From an uncultured virus (IMG/VR IMGVR_UViG_3300009080_001637) (lineage: Duplodnaviria > Heunggongvirae > Uroviricota > Caudoviricetes), in the IMG/VR virus record IMGVR_UViG_3300009080_001637: a stretch of 56,206 nt of DNA; one strand, given 5' to 3'. The notes beneath the pieces were generated by a model. The model had not been told where the DNA came from, ran no database searches, and was given only the letters and a program-made list of their open reading frames with translations. Below, one piece after another: positions 38,706 through 48,769 of this stretch (its first letter is position 1; every line of letters begins with the position of its first letter). The translations under genes were made by a program, and so were the position numbers.

Positions 38706-39212
38706 ATGGCAGGTAGAGGGTCTTGGAGTTCTGATCATACCTTGCAAACTTATGCAAGGGTACACGACGAGCAATCCAAAAAGTCTGGCGTCGAAGTGAC
38801 CCCTTTGGTGCTGGGTTCAACAGGTGTCGTTCAGAATATCTTCCCCAGAATATTTGGCCCTGCTGATAGCGGCCCGTTGGTGTTGGCCACAACTGCGGTT
38901 GACGGAAACACATACACTGCGTCCTGTGATGATGATTTAATCTTTTTTAGAATAAATACCGCAGTTTCAACCGTGCAGAGGGTATTACTACCTTCTGCGG
39001 CGTCTTGCGCTGGAGGTTTTTTTATAATCAAGGACGATTTGGGCGTAGCTGGAACCCCCAACCCTCACAACCCCGGTGTGAATTATTATATATATGTTAG
39101 AGATTCTACGAGTACAATAGATGGCGAGAGTAATTATATTATAGAAAATCAATATGGCGCAGTGTGGCTCCTTTCAGATGGAACAGACTACCACTTATTA
39201 GAGGTGTTTTGA
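38706..39212 (+). CDS. Small virion fibre/decoration-type beta-domain protein
   Basis: 168 aa; VLLPSA...G..FIIKD..G...STIDGESNYII...YGAVWLLSDG. Confidence 0.55.
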   Translation: MAGRGSWSSDHTLQTYARVHDEQSKKSGVEVTPLVLGSTGVVQNIFPRIFGPADSGPLVLATTAVDGNTYTASCDDDLIFFRINTAVSTVQRVLLPSAASCAGGFFIIKDDLGVAGTPNPHNPGVNYYIYVRDSTSTIDGESNYIIENQYGAVWLLSDGTDYHLLEVF

Positions 39213-39213
39213 T

Positions 39214-39534
39214 ATGTCACTTAAATTAGATTATAACGTTATCACTTCAGATTATTCTTGTAGTTCCGGAGATACAACAATTATCGTTGATACAACAACA
39301 GCCGCTATACAGGTTACACTTCCCCTTGCAAGCACCGAGAATGGGAGAATTATAATTGTAAAAGACTCAGAGGGGAGTGCCTCGGTTAATAATATTACAG
39401 TGGAATCCCAAGGATCAGAAACAGTAGAAGGTGCTACAAGTCTATTAATACAGTCTGATTATGGCTCAATTATTCTCGCATCATCTGGAAGTGAAGGTTC
39501 CTATCCGGGTTGGGCTTTTGTATCAACAAACTAA
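39214..39534 (+). CDS. Small virion beta-domain protein, paralog of 38706..39212
   Basis: 106 aa; VTLPLA...GRIIIVKD..G.A..NNITV...ETVEG....I..DYGSIIL. Confidence 0.6.
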   Translation: MSLKLDYNVITSDYSCSSGDTTIIVDTTTAAIQVTLPLASTENGRIIIVKDSEGSASVNNITVESQGSETVEGATSLLIQSDYGSIILASSGSEGSYPGWAFVSTN

Positions 39535-39570
39535 CCTATAATAATTATTTTTCTTTTAAGGACGAAGAAT

Positions 39571-39580
39571 ACTATTTATT
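39571..39580 (+). promoter_or_regulatory. Putative late promoter motif ACTATTTATT (scaffold-capsid operon)
   Basis: Consensus copy in an intergenic gap, 39 nt before ATG 39610. Confidence 0.65.
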
Positions 39581-39609
39581 GATAGATAAAAATGATCGGG
39601 AGATATAAT

Positions 39610-40674
39610 ATGTCTGATATGCTGAATGATGCAATCGTCGACGCCGAGGCGTTGAAAGTTGCTGCTTTAAAAAACGCAGAAGCACTTTTTCTGGAAAAAC
39701 ACTCATCTGAGATTAAAGAAGCTGTCGAAATGCTTCTCGAACAAGATGATCTGGATATGCTTGGTCTCTCTGGTGGGGGGTCAGCTGGAGATAGTCTTGA
39801 AGTAGGACCTCAGACTGATGTTTCCCCTGAAGAAGAGGCAACCCTGAGCGATATCCCTTACGTCGGGAGTCACCACCTTGATACAGTACCCGGAGTGATC
39901 GAGGAAGACGAGCTGGTAGAGATTGATCTCGACATATCAGACCTCGCAGGGGAACTTAATGATGATCCCGCTCCTCCCCCCACGGGAGAAGAAGAATTGG
40001 GTGATGGCATGAACCTTGATTTTTTAGATGACTCCGATCTCCCCCCAACAGGAGACCCTAGCTCTGAGATGGAGATAAACGAAAACCTTCTTCAGGGGAT
40101 ACTCGAAGAGCTTGAGCTTGATTATGAATCAAAACCTCAAGGGTTCGCGCCACGCGGAGCAATGCCAACCAAAGAGCTGGAAAGAAAACTGGAGCTTCTT
40201 GATTCGATTGAAGAACTTGAAGCCGAGAATGGCAAAATTAAAGATGAAAATGAAAACCTAAAAGAATCTCTCGATCTTCTTGAAAAGATCCTTGAGGACC
40301 AAAAGAATACAAATAAGAAGTATGTTCGAGGAGTCAGCGCCCTCGAACAAAAACTTAATGAAGTCATGCTTTCGAATGCAAGACTTCTATATACCAACAA
40401 GGCCTTGAATAGTATCTCCTTGAATGAGCGACAAAAACAAAAAGTTGTCGAATCTATTTCAAGAGCCTCAACTGTCGAAGAAGCTAAGGTTATTTTTGAA
40501 ACCCTTGAAAGCGCAGTGGGAGCCCTTTCTACCAGAAAGAGAACTCCAAAATCACTTAGCGAGGTTGTTAGCCGAAATTCTTCACCCTTTTATTCACAGA
40601 GAAAAGAGTCAAAATCAATGGAAGAATCTTTTGCTCAACGAATGAGAGAAATTGCTGGAATTAAAAAATCATAG
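39610..40674 (+). CDS. Prohead core scaffolding protein (T4 gp22-like)
   Basis: Acidic, coiled-coil protein directly upstream of the MCP with many L/I-x-E sites. SD GGGAGA favours ATG 39610 over 39592. Confidence 0.8.
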   Translation: MSDMLNDAIVDAEALKVAALKNAEALFLEKHSSEIKEAVEMLLEQDDLDMLGLSGGGSAGDSLEVGPQTDVSPEEEATLSDIPYVGSHHLDTVPGVIEEDELVEIDLDISDLAGELNDDPAPPPTGEEELGDGMNLDFLDDSDLPPTGDPSSEMEINENLLQGILEELELDYESKPQGFAPRGAMPTKELERKLELLDSIEELEAENGKIKDENENLKESLDLLEKILEDQKNTNKKYVRGVSALEQKLNEVMLSNARLLYTNKALNSISLNERQKQKVVESISRASTVEEAKVIFETLESAVGALSTRKRTPKSLSEVVSRNSSPFYSQRKESKSMEESFAQRMREIAGIKKS

Positions 40675-40686
40675 GAGGATATCTAA

Positions 40687-42453
40687 ATGTCTGTTTATAA
40701 AAAATTAACAGAAGGCCTTGTCGACCGCAATTTGCGGAAAGAAGGTGCTGCTGTACTTGACAAATGGGAGAGTACCGGACTTCTTGAAGGTCTCGACTCT
40801 CCCCAGAAAAAGCGATCGATGGCTCGGTTGCTTGAGAACGAAGCGAAAGAAGTTCTTCGCTTGACAGAATCTTCTTCAATGGCCGGTGGTGACGTTGAAG
40901 GCTTTGCAGCCGTTGCATTTCCAATGGTTCGAAGAATCTTTGGATCACTCGTTGCAAACGATCTGGTCTCTGTCCAACCAATGTCACTCCCCTCAGGGCT
41001 GATTTTCTTCTTGGATTTCACCCATAGTGATAGCACAGCGAGTCGCCTTGGTGGAGTTGCTGATGCATCAATTTATGGTGGCGGAGTTGTGGCAAGCGAA
41101 CTGACCGGTGGTGTCTCTGACATCAAAGAAACTGGCGGTGGTTTTTATAACCTCGCAAACGCTTATTCTTCACCAACTGGCTCTGTTCCTGTCGCCGGTA
41201 ATGCATCTACATTATCTCTTAATACGGCTCAATTCCAGATTTCATCAGCTACAGATGCACAGCTTAAGACTATTCAGTATGACCCTGATCTTGTCGGAAC
41301 TTCTGATCATGTTCTGGTTCTTACTTTGGCTTCTTCTGCTTTGACTTCTTTGAACAAAGACTTGGTTACAGCCGTTGGGGTCACTGTTGGTGGCGACACT
41401 GATGCTACTCTTGTCCGAAGATTGACCAGAATTGATGTTCGAACTGGAGATATTACCCTTGTTCTTAAAAAATCAAGTGCGTTTACCGACACCGCTGCAG
41501 ATGATACATACGACGCCGACAACGCCGAGGTTTTACACTCTGGTGCAAGCCACGTATTTACTTATCCAAAAGCTGACGCCTTCGCAGAGGCAGGTCTCGG
41601 TGCTGTTGTTGGTACTGATAACTGGGGACTTGAAGGTGCAAATGATACCGGAGGCGCGTTCAATGGCAAACCAGTCGATCAGATCCCTGAGATCGACATC
41701 AAGGTTGACTCTATCGCAGTGTCAGCAATGACCAAAAAGCTCAAGGCAAAATGGACCCCAGAACTGGGCCAAGACCTTCAGGCTTACCATAACCTCGATG
41801 CTGAAGTTGAGCTTACCGGTATTCTCTCCGAGCAGATTGCTCTTGAGATCGACCGAGAAATCCTCAACGACCTCATCCAAGGTGCAACCGCCGGTACTTA
41901 CTACTGGTCACGTCGTCCCGGTCGATTCGTTGATCGCGGCACAGGTAGTGATATCAGCTCTTTCTCTAACGAGTCACTGCTTGGTGCGGACTTCACGGGT
42001 ACCGTCAGCGAATGGTATGAGACTCTTCTCGAAACCGTCAATGACATCTCGGCTCAGATCCACCGCAAGGTGCTCCGAGGTGGCGCTAACTTCATCGTCA
42101 TCGGTCCTGAAACCGCTAACATCCTTGAGTTCACCTCTGGCTTCCGAGCTTCCGTGACTCATGATTCGGTTACTGGTACCACCGGTGCGGTCAAGATTGG
42201 TTCAATGTCGAAGAAATTCGACGTCTATGTCGATCCTTACTTCCCTCGTAATCTCGTCCTCGTTGGTCGTAACGGAGGCAGCTTCTTGGAAAGCGGATAT
42301 GTGTATGCTCCATATGTCCCACTCCAGACTACTCCCACGATCTTCGGAGTCGAAGACTTCGTGCCAAGAAAAGGCGTCATGACTCGATATGCGAAGAAAA
42401 TGGTTCGTCCTGATATGTATGGCCTCGTTGTCATCAAGGACTTCCTCGGTTAA
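40687..42453 (+). CDS. Major capsid protein (T4 gp23-like)
   Basis: KWESTGLLEGL, FPMVRR, VSVQPMSLPSGLIFFLD, KLKAKWTPELGQDLQAYH, EIDREIL, GYVYAPYVPL, GVMTRY; SD AGGAGG. Confidence 0.97.
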   Translation: MSVYKKLTEGLVDRNLRKEGAAVLDKWESTGLLEGLDSPQKKRSMARLLENEAKEVLRLTESSSMAGGDVEGFAAVAFPMVRRIFGSLVANDLVSVQPMSLPSGLIFFLDFTHSDSTASRLGGVADASIYGGGVVASELTGGVSDIKETGGGFYNLANAYSSPTGSVPVAGNASTLSLNTAQFQISSATDAQLKTIQYDPDLVGTSDHVLVLTLASSALTSLNKDLVTAVGVTVGGDTDATLVRRLTRIDVRTGDITLVLKKSSAFTDTAADDTYDADNAEVLHSGASHVFTYPKADAFAEAGLGAVVGTDNWGLEGANDTGGAFNGKPVDQIPEIDIKVDSIAVSAMTKKLKAKWTPELGQDLQAYHNLDAEVELTGILSEQIALEIDREILNDLIQGATAGTYYWSRRPGRFVDRGTGSDISSFSNESLLGADFTGTVSEWYETLLETVNDISAQIHRKVLRGGANFIVIGPETANILEFTSGFRASVTHDSVTGTTGAVKIGSMSKKFDVYVDPYFPRNLVLVGRNGGSFLESGYVYAPYVPLQTTPTIFGVEDFVPRKGVMTRYAKKMVRPDMYGLVVIKDFLG

Positions 42454-42474
42454 TTCGTTTAATTGATTTGGCTT

Positions 42475-42509
42475 AAAACCCCACCTTGACTAGTTTGAGG
42501 TGGGGTTTT
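42475..42509 (+). terminator. Rho-independent terminator after the major capsid gene
   Basis: Inverted repeat AAAACCCCACCT / AGGTGGGGTTTT. Confidence 0.85.
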
Positions 42510-42520
42510 GTATATCTTGG

Positions 42521-42530
42521 ACTATTTACT
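42521..42530 (+). promoter_or_regulatory. Putative late promoter motif ACTATTTACT
   Basis: Directly after the terminator, 27 nt before ATG 42548. Confidence 0.65.
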
Positions 42531-42547
42531 GAGAGGAGGGTTTATTA

Positions 42548-43822
42548 ATGGCAATTCCCACACTTACCCCTGAAAGTCAATTGGTCGCCGTTGCTTTACC
42601 CTCGGGCAGCTCGGATACCGCAGCACAAGTTATCGATGCTTTACCGCATAAAATCTACACAAGCCAAGAATTTGTGACAGGAGCATTAACTCAAGTCGCA
42701 TTTACTTTTGTAAAGCTTGGTGGAAATGTCCTAGATATCGAATTAAATAAAAAAGATATATATGCGAATTATGAAGAAGCCTGTTCTGAATATTCTTATC
42801 TAGTTAATATTCATCAAGCAAAAAATGCTCTACCTAGTCTGCTTGGAAACACGACAGCCTCTTTTGATCATAAAGGCGAGGTCGAAGCTGGAGGACCCGA
42901 GGGTATTGAGCTAAAATATCCCCGTCTTCGTTTTGAATATGCAGCAAGGGTCGCCGACGCTGTTGAGACCAAGATAGGGATCGGAGGGTCTCAGACTATT
43001 TACTCTGCATCCTTCGATACAGAGGTCAACAGACAGGATTATGACCTGCAAGAGATCATTACAACCTCTGCTGCGTCTGACCCAGACCTGCCTTATTCAG
43101 ACGTAAATCTCGGTGCAGGAAAAGTCGGGAACAAAAGAATTGAAATCAAAAAAGTGTTCTTTAAAACTCCTCAAGCAATGTGGAGATTCTTTGGGTATTA
43201 TGGTGGCCTGAACGTTGTTGGTAATATGTTCTCATATGGTCAATATACGGACGACTCAACCTTTGAAGTAATCCCCGCTTGGCAAAATAAATTGCAAGCC
43301 ATGGCCTTTGAGGATTCAATGAAGACAAGAGTATCCCATTATTCCTATGAATTAAAGAACAACAAGATAAGAATATTCCCTGCCACTGCCCTTATTCAGC
43401 CACGAAAAATGTGGTTTGAATTTACGGTTCAAGAAGACGCTTGGGCCGAGAGTACAGACAGAACCTCGGGTGTCAGTGGAATAAATAACATGAATACACT
43501 TCCATATGGTAACATACCATACGAGAGTATAAACTCAATGGGTAAACAATGGATCAGACGTTTTGCTTTAGCCTTATCTAAGGGTGTTTTAGGTAAAATT
43601 AGGGGAAAATTCCAAACTTTGCCAATCCCGGGTGAGTCTGTAACACTCGACCACGCTGTTTTGGTCACGGAAAGCAAAGAAGAACAAGAAAAACTCAGAG
43701 AAGAGCTAAAAACTGTCTTGGCAGAGATGACTTACGATAAATTAGCGGAGATAGACGCTTCAACAATGGAATCAGCGTCAAAAGTCCATCAACAGATGCC
43801 TAATTTGATCTATGTTGGCTAA
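42548..43822 (+). CDS. Neck/head-tail adaptor protein (T4 gp13-like)
   Basis: KLGGNVLDIEL, QWIRRFALALSKGVLGKIRGKF..LPIPGESVTLD; follows the MCP. Confidence 0.8.
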   Translation: MAIPTLTPESQLVAVALPSGSSDTAAQVIDALPHKIYTSQEFVTGALTQVAFTFVKLGGNVLDIELNKKDIYANYEEACSEYSYLVNIHQAKNALPSLLGNTTASFDHKGEVEAGGPEGIELKYPRLRFEYAARVADAVETKIGIGGSQTIYSASFDTEVNRQDYDLQEIITTSAASDPDLPYSDVNLGAGKVGNKRIEIKKVFFKTPQAMWRFFGYYGGLNVVGNMFSYGQYTDDSTFEVIPAWQNKLQAMAFEDSMKTRVSHYSYELKNNKIRIFPATALIQPRKMWFEFTVQEDAWAESTDRTSGVSGINNMNTLPYGNIPYESINSMGKQWIRRFALALSKGVLGKIRGKFQTLPIPGESVTLDHAVLVTESKEEQEKLREELKTVLAEMTYDKLAEIDASTMESASKVHQQMPNLIYVG

Positions 43823-43839
43823 TTTAGGAGAAATTTGAT

Positions 43840-44325
43840 ATGTCCGAATGGGAACAACCAAAATCACCACCTGCCCCACTATTTTTGAATAAAAAAGAGC
43901 GCGATCTCGTCAAACAAGTAAATGATGAACTGATCGAGAGAGTAATCGGACAGCAGATTCTTTATTATTCAATAGATTTGGAACATACAAACTTTCATCC
44001 TATATATGGGGAGGCGATGCATAAAACTTTCTTACCACCAGTGAGAGTTTATGCGCTAGTTAATCTAGATTTATTTGAAACCTCCTTCCTTCAGGGCGGA
44101 GCATTAGACAAAAAGAAAGAGATAACTGTAAAATTTCATAAAAGACGACTGACAGATGACCAAAACCTCTTCGTAAGCGAAGGAGACTTTGTGTTATATA
44201 GTGACTTGTTTTTTGAGATAGTGACTTTGACAGAACCAAAACAATTGTTCGGACAGATGGATCACAGATTTGAGATAGCCGCAAAATGCATATATTCAAG
44301 GAAGGGGTTGTTTGATGGAAGATAA
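43840..44325 (+). CDS. Head closure/neck protein (T4 gp14-like)
   Basis: IGQQILYY, PIYGE, FLPPVRVYALV, EGDFVLY; located after the gp13-like gene. Confidence 0.7.
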   Translation: MSEWEQPKSPPAPLFLNKKERDLVKQVNDELIERVIGQQILYYSIDLEHTNFHPIYGEAMHKTFLPPVRVYALVNLDLFETSFLQGGALDKKKEITVKFHKRRLTDDQNLFVSEGDFVLYSDLFFEIVTLTEPKQLFGQMDHRFEIAAKCIYSRKGLFDGR

Positions 44326-45154
44326 TCTAAGAGAGATACCGTTTCAGCCTTCGACGATAGAAGGGATCGACGAAACACTTTTTGAATGGTTGAGAGACAC
44401 TGCTGATGTCCGATGTACAACTGCTGATGGGTTTAAAAAAGTCCCCACCCTTTGGATCTCTGCGGAGAGGCCGTTTCAAAGGAAGCACAACCAAGACCTT
44501 ATGACCTCTTCTGGGTCTTTGAATCTCCCGATAATAACTCTCCAAAGAGATGGTATCTCAAAAGATAATGCAAAAAAAGGGTCTATATGGGGAAATATGC
44601 CAGCAGTTGCTGACGCGAAGGGTGGGTCAATAGTAATAGCAAGAAAGATAAATCAAATTAAGACTTCTAATTTTGCAAACGCAGATGCCAAAAGAACATA
44701 TGGGCAGATGAACTATAGGAATAGGAGAAAGAATAAGAAGGTCGTATATCAGACTATCTCCATACCTCAGCCAGTTTATATAGAGATTTCATATAAGATA
44801 ACTCTGATAAGCCAATACCAGCAACAAATAAACGAAATGGTTACTCCTTTCATAACTAAACCGGGTAACATGAATTATTTTGTGCTTAATAAAGATGGGC
44901 ACTCTTATGAGGTATTCCCGGATACGGATTATTCACAAGACAACACCGTTGAAGACATGTCCTCGGAAGAGAGAAGATATAAGACAACGATCGGGTTAAA
45001 GGTTCTGGCCTACTTAATAGGGGAGGATAAGAATCAAGAAACGCCAAAGTTTGTTGTTAGGGAAAACGCAGTTGAAGTAAAAATCCCGAGAGAACATGTC
45101 GTGCTGGGGGACCCTCTAGAACAAATAGATAAGAAGGGGTCTTATAGGGAATAA
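44315..45154 (+). CDS. Tail completion/sheath stabilizer (T4 gp15-like)
   Basis: KVPTLWISAER, LPIITLQR, PVYIEISYKITL...QQINEMV; immediately before the sheath gene. Confidence 0.7.
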   Translation: MEDNLREIPFQPSTIEGIDETLFEWLRDTADVRCTTADGFKKVPTLWISAERPFQRKHNQDLMTSSGSLNLPIITLQRDGISKDNAKKGSIWGNMPAVADAKGGSIVIARKINQIKTSNFANADAKRTYGQMNYRNRRKNKKVVYQTISIPQPVYIEISYKITLISQYQQQINEMVTPFITKPGNMNYFVLNKDGHSYEVFPDTDYSQDNTVEDMSSEERRYKTTIGLKVLAYLIGEDKNQETPKFVVRENAVEVKIPREHVVLGDPLEQIDKKGSYRE

Positions 45155-45183
45155 TAAATAAAATGACTTTGCTGTTAACTGTA

Positions 45184-45193
45184 ACTATTTATT
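45184..45193 (+). promoter_or_regulatory. Putative late promoter motif ACTATTTATT
   Basis: Consensus copy in an intergenic gap, 56 nt before the sheath ATG. Confidence 0.65.
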
Positions 45194-45239
45194 AAGACGA
45201 AAACGTTGTGCATTAGTGCTCGATAGGAGACGATAACAT

Positions 45240-48182
45240 ATGACATCCAGAAGTTTTAAATTTTTATCACCGGGAATCTTTTTAAACGAGATTGATAATT
45301 CCCAATTAACAAATTTTCCTGCCGGTATAGGCCCAGTTGTTATAGGGCGAACTAGTTATGGGCCCGGGCTCAGACCAACAGTTGTAGAATCTTTTGATGA
45401 CTATGCTGCTGCATACGGGTTACCTAACCCCGGCGTTGGCGGGGGCGATCAATGGAGAGATGGAAACTCATCAGGCCCAACATATGCTGCTTATGCTGCC
45501 CAAGCTTATCTTCGCGCTAATGGCCCAGTAACAATGATTAGGCTTCTCGGTGAAGAATCTCCCTCTGCATCAACCGAAGGAAAAGCCGGGTGGGTTACAA
45601 GGAAGCCCTCTACTTCTGAGTCCGCTCTGCTTACTTCAACTGGAGGTGGTGCTTATGGCTTGTTTATATGTAATTCTAGTTCCGCCGGGAGTGAGGTGCA
45701 CGGAACTGGATCTCTTGCGGCAGTTTTCTATTGTGGGCAGGGAGTCCCAATGCTCAAGGGTAAAATCGCAGGCACATCCACTGTAACTTCATCTGCAGGA
45801 GTATTTGTCGACTCGACCGACAAACAGGAATTTACTATCAGAATAATATCGGGTTCAAATCCTGACACCACAGCCGAACTTGGTGAAACTTTCGTATGCA
45901 ACTTTACACCATCCAGTAAAAAATTTATTAGAAAGGTGTTCAACACAAACCCATCGCTCACTAACGGGGTCACCAATGACCCCAGTGTCGCTAAGACTTA
46001 TTGGCTTGGTGAGACCTTTGAAAACGATGTCCTTACCACTTGCGATGAAGGAACTCAGATTGGCATAATTTTGGCACTTAACGCATCTGGTTCTACGGCC
46101 CCTACTGCAGAGCAAGCAGATTTTAGAATGCCAAACCTTGAAGCAAAAACTCCATGGGTTGTCAGCCAACATCAGGGTGCCCCCACTGATTTCGTTGGTG
46201 AATTCAGCTCTCAAGAGGTAGAGAAATTATTTAGGCTTGTGTCGATCAAAGGTGGCGAATGGCCTTCGAAAAATCTCAAAGTCTCAATAACAAATATTAA
46301 AGCCTCAAGAAACGTTTTTGATTCATATGGTACGTTTGATCTCCTTGTGAGGAAATCTAATGATACCGATATGAATATTCAAGTAGTTGAGAGATTCTCG
46401 GGTTTATCGTTAAACCCTAAATCACCGACTTTCGTTTCGAAACGGATCGGAGATCAATACCTTAAGTGGGATGAAACTAATGGCAACTACAGAATTATTG
46501 GTAACAACCCAAATCTTTCAAATTATTTTAGAGTAGAAGTGTCCTCTAGGCTCTTAGCGGGCGGCCTTAACAAAGATCTAATACCCTTCGGATTCTATGG
46601 GGCCCCCAAACACAAGGCTTTCTCTATTATTGGAGGTTCGGGTCGAGGAACTGCACCATATAATCCCGCCCGCCCTGACGATTATCTTGACAGCTCTTAT
46701 GTCGATGGCCGTTTGGGCCTTCCTTTTGTCGAAGACACCGACACGAACGGACATTTTGTTAATATATTAGATGAACAAATCGCATCTGACGACGGGACCT
46801 TCAACGCATCGTTCGGATTTCCAGAGATTCCCCTTAGGCTTGACACAAAGCACGTCAGCACGTCAAGGCCTGAAAATGTTTACTTTGGTATAGACCTCGA
46901 AGTCACTGGTACGACGCTATATAACCACGGCTACGCTGACCTCACACGACCAGCAGCCAGAAATATCGGAACAAACGAAGATAAGACTGAAATCGACTCT
47001 GATGGGTTGCTTATTTACTCTTATTGGTTCACCTTGGACAATGTAAGTGCTAGCTCCCAAACTGCACCTTACCACGCTGTGTACGTTTCCGGTTCTAGGC
47101 AGGGTGGACTTTCCCTTACTGCCGATCCTCTGTATGGTATTGTCGAATTACTTGACCGAGGTCATAATAAATTTACTATGCCCGTTTTGGGGGGTCACGA
47201 CGGACTGAATGTTCTTGAGCGAGAGCCTTTTGGACAACATGTCTTGAGCGAAACAGCGACTGAAGAGAATAACTATGCTTATTACACTATTAACAGGGCA
47301 CTCACTTCGGTAGATGACAAAGAGATGGTTGAGATGAACATTCTGTGTGCTCCCGGTGTAGTAAATCCTCGGCTCACAAAAAAGATGATTGACATTTGTG
47401 AGACACGCGGTGATGCTATTGCTGTTATCGATATCGAGGATGATTATATTCCTGCAACCGACAGTAGGCTTCCAGAGGCAGATAGGATTTATTCAGTAAA
47501 AGACGCGGTGGCGTCTTTGGACGCCCGAGGTATCAATTCTTCTTTCGGCTGCGCCTATTATCCTTGGGTTCAGATTGCAGACGCATTCAGCGGGGATTCT
47601 GTTTGGGTTCCCCCGTCAACGATCGCCCTCGGGGTCCTTGGGAGTTCAGAGGCTCGGTCGGAGCTCTGGTTCGCACCTGCAGGGTTCACTAGGGGTGGGC
47701 TGACAAATGGCGCAGCGGGGCTTAACACACTTTCAGCAAGGCAACGCCTTACTTCAAAAGACAGAGACGTTCTTTACGAATCGAATATTAACCCTATTGC
47801 CAGTTTTCCCTCTGAAGGCTTGGTTATCTTCGGCCAGAAGACTCTGCAGGTAACACCATCTGCTCTTGATAGGATTAACGTCCGCCGTCTGATGATCTTT
47901 ATCAAGCGAGAAATCTCTTTGTTTGCAAGAGATATTCTATTTGATCAGAATGTTCAGTCAACTTGGCAGAGATTTTTATCTAGGGTTAATCCATTTTTGA
48001 CTAGTGTTAAACTTAGGTTTGGATTGACGGATTTCTTAGTCGTTTTGGATGAAACTACGACGACGCCCGACCTGATCGACAGAAATATCATGTATGCCAA
48101 GGTATTTGTGAAGCCTGCTCGATCAATTGAGTTTATTGCGGTTGACTTCATGATTACTAACACCGGCGCAGAATTTCTGTAA
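45240..48182 (+). CDS. Contractile tail sheath protein (T4 gp18-like)
   Basis: FLSPGIFLNEID, AYYPWV, WFAPAGFTRG, INPIASFP, FGQKTLQ, SALDRINVRRL, VKPARSIEFI. Confidence 0.97.
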   Translation: MTSRSFKFLSPGIFLNEIDNSQLTNFPAGIGPVVIGRTSYGPGLRPTVVESFDDYAAAYGLPNPGVGGGDQWRDGNSSGPTYAAYAAQAYLRANGPVTMIRLLGEESPSASTEGKAGWVTRKPSTSESALLTSTGGGAYGLFICNSSSAGSEVHGTGSLAAVFYCGQGVPMLKGKIAGTSTVTSSAGVFVDSTDKQEFTIRIISGSNPDTTAELGETFVCNFTPSSKKFIRKVFNTNPSLTNGVTNDPSVAKTYWLGETFENDVLTTCDEGTQIGIILALNASGSTAPTAEQADFRMPNLEAKTPWVVSQHQGAPTDFVGEFSSQEVEKLFRLVSIKGGEWPSKNLKVSITNIKASRNVFDSYGTFDLLVRKSNDTDMNIQVVERFSGLSLNPKSPTFVSKRIGDQYLKWDETNGNYRIIGNNPNLSNYFRVEVSSRLLAGGLNKDLIPFGFYGAPKHKAFSIIGGSGRGTAPYNPARPDDYLDSSYVDGRLGLPFVEDTDTNGHFVNILDEQIASDDGTFNASFGFPEIPLRLDTKHVSTSRPENVYFGIDLEVTGTTLYNHGYADLTRPAARNIGTNEDKTEIDSDGLLIYSYWFTLDNVSASSQTAPYHAVYVSGSRQGGLSLTADPLYGIVELLDRGHNKFTMPVLGGHDGLNVLEREPFGQHVLSETATEENNYAYYTINRALTSVDDKEMVEMNILCAPGVVNPRLTKKMIDICETRGDAIAVIDIEDDYIPATDSRLPEADRIYSVKDAVASLDARGINSSFGCAYYPWVQIADAFSGDSVWVPPSTIALGVLGSSEARSELWFAPAGFTRGGLTNGAAGLNTLSARQRLTSKDRDVLYESNINPIASFPSEGLVIFGQKTLQVTPSALDRINVRRLMIFIKREISLFARDILFDQNVQSTWQRFLSRVNPFLTSVKLRFGLTDFLVVLDETTTTPDLIDRNIMYAKVFVKPARSIEFIAVDFMITNTGAEFL

Positions 48183-48196
48183 TTTAAATTTTAAAA

Positions 48197-48206
48197 ACTA
48201 TATATG
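48197..48206 (+). promoter_or_regulatory. Putative late promoter variant ACTATATATG
   Basis: One-mismatch copy in an intergenic gap, 43 nt before the tube ATG. Confidence 0.45.
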
Positions 48207-48239
48207 GTAACGGGCAGTTATCAATAGGAGAAAATAACA

Positions 48240-48749
48240 ATGGCAACAAATTTCTGGGCCAATCCATCAACCGAACCAAAGAGACAACACCGCTTTATTG
48301 TACATGTCGATAGCTTTGAGCCGTGGCTTGCCGTCAAGGTTACTCGCCCTTCTTTTACTGTCGGTACTGCGACACATCCGTATCTTAATCATAATTTCCA
48401 TTACCCGGGTAAAGTAGAGTGGCAACCGGTTAACTTGACGATAGTAGACGCAGGTCCGACTATCGACACTACAAATACCTTATATGATATTCTTATAAAC
48501 TCGGGTTATGTCTTCCCGGAAGACCCAGAGGAGAGATCAACAATCAGCAAGGCTGGCGCAGTTGGATCGATGGGTGTGGTGGTCATAAAGGAACTTGATG
48601 CCTCTGGTGCAACTACTAGTAACTTTTCACTTATAAACGCTTGGATTGAATCGGTCACTTTGGGTGAGTTTGATTACGGTGCGGACGGCATCCTCCAAAT
48701 GAGTTTAACTCTCAAATATGATTACGCAAAGTACGCAGTCGGCGGCTAA
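48240..48749 (+). CDS. Tail tube protein (T4 gp19-like)
   Basis: EPKRQHRF, RPSFTV, YPGKVEWQPVNLT, LINAW, LTLKYDYA; follows the sheath. Confidence 0.9.
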   Translation: MATNFWANPSTEPKRQHRFIVHVDSFEPWLAVKVTRPSFTVGTATHPYLNHNFHYPGKVEWQPVNLTIVDAGPTIDTTNTLYDILINSGYVFPEDPEERSTISKAGAVGSMGVVVIKELDASGATTSNFSLINAWIESVTLGEFDYGADGILQMSLTLKYDYAKYAVGG

Positions 48750-48769
48750 ATTTAACTTAAGAGGTATAT

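Noticed and set aside
39961..40060. Short duplicated DD..(P/L)PPTG segment in the scaffold
   Set aside because: Two degenerate copies in a low-complexity acidic linker; unremarkable for scaffolds.
45351..45360. ACTAGTTATG promoter-like copy inside the 5' end of the sheath gene
   Set aside because: No downstream gene start nearby; probably a chance match in coding sequence.
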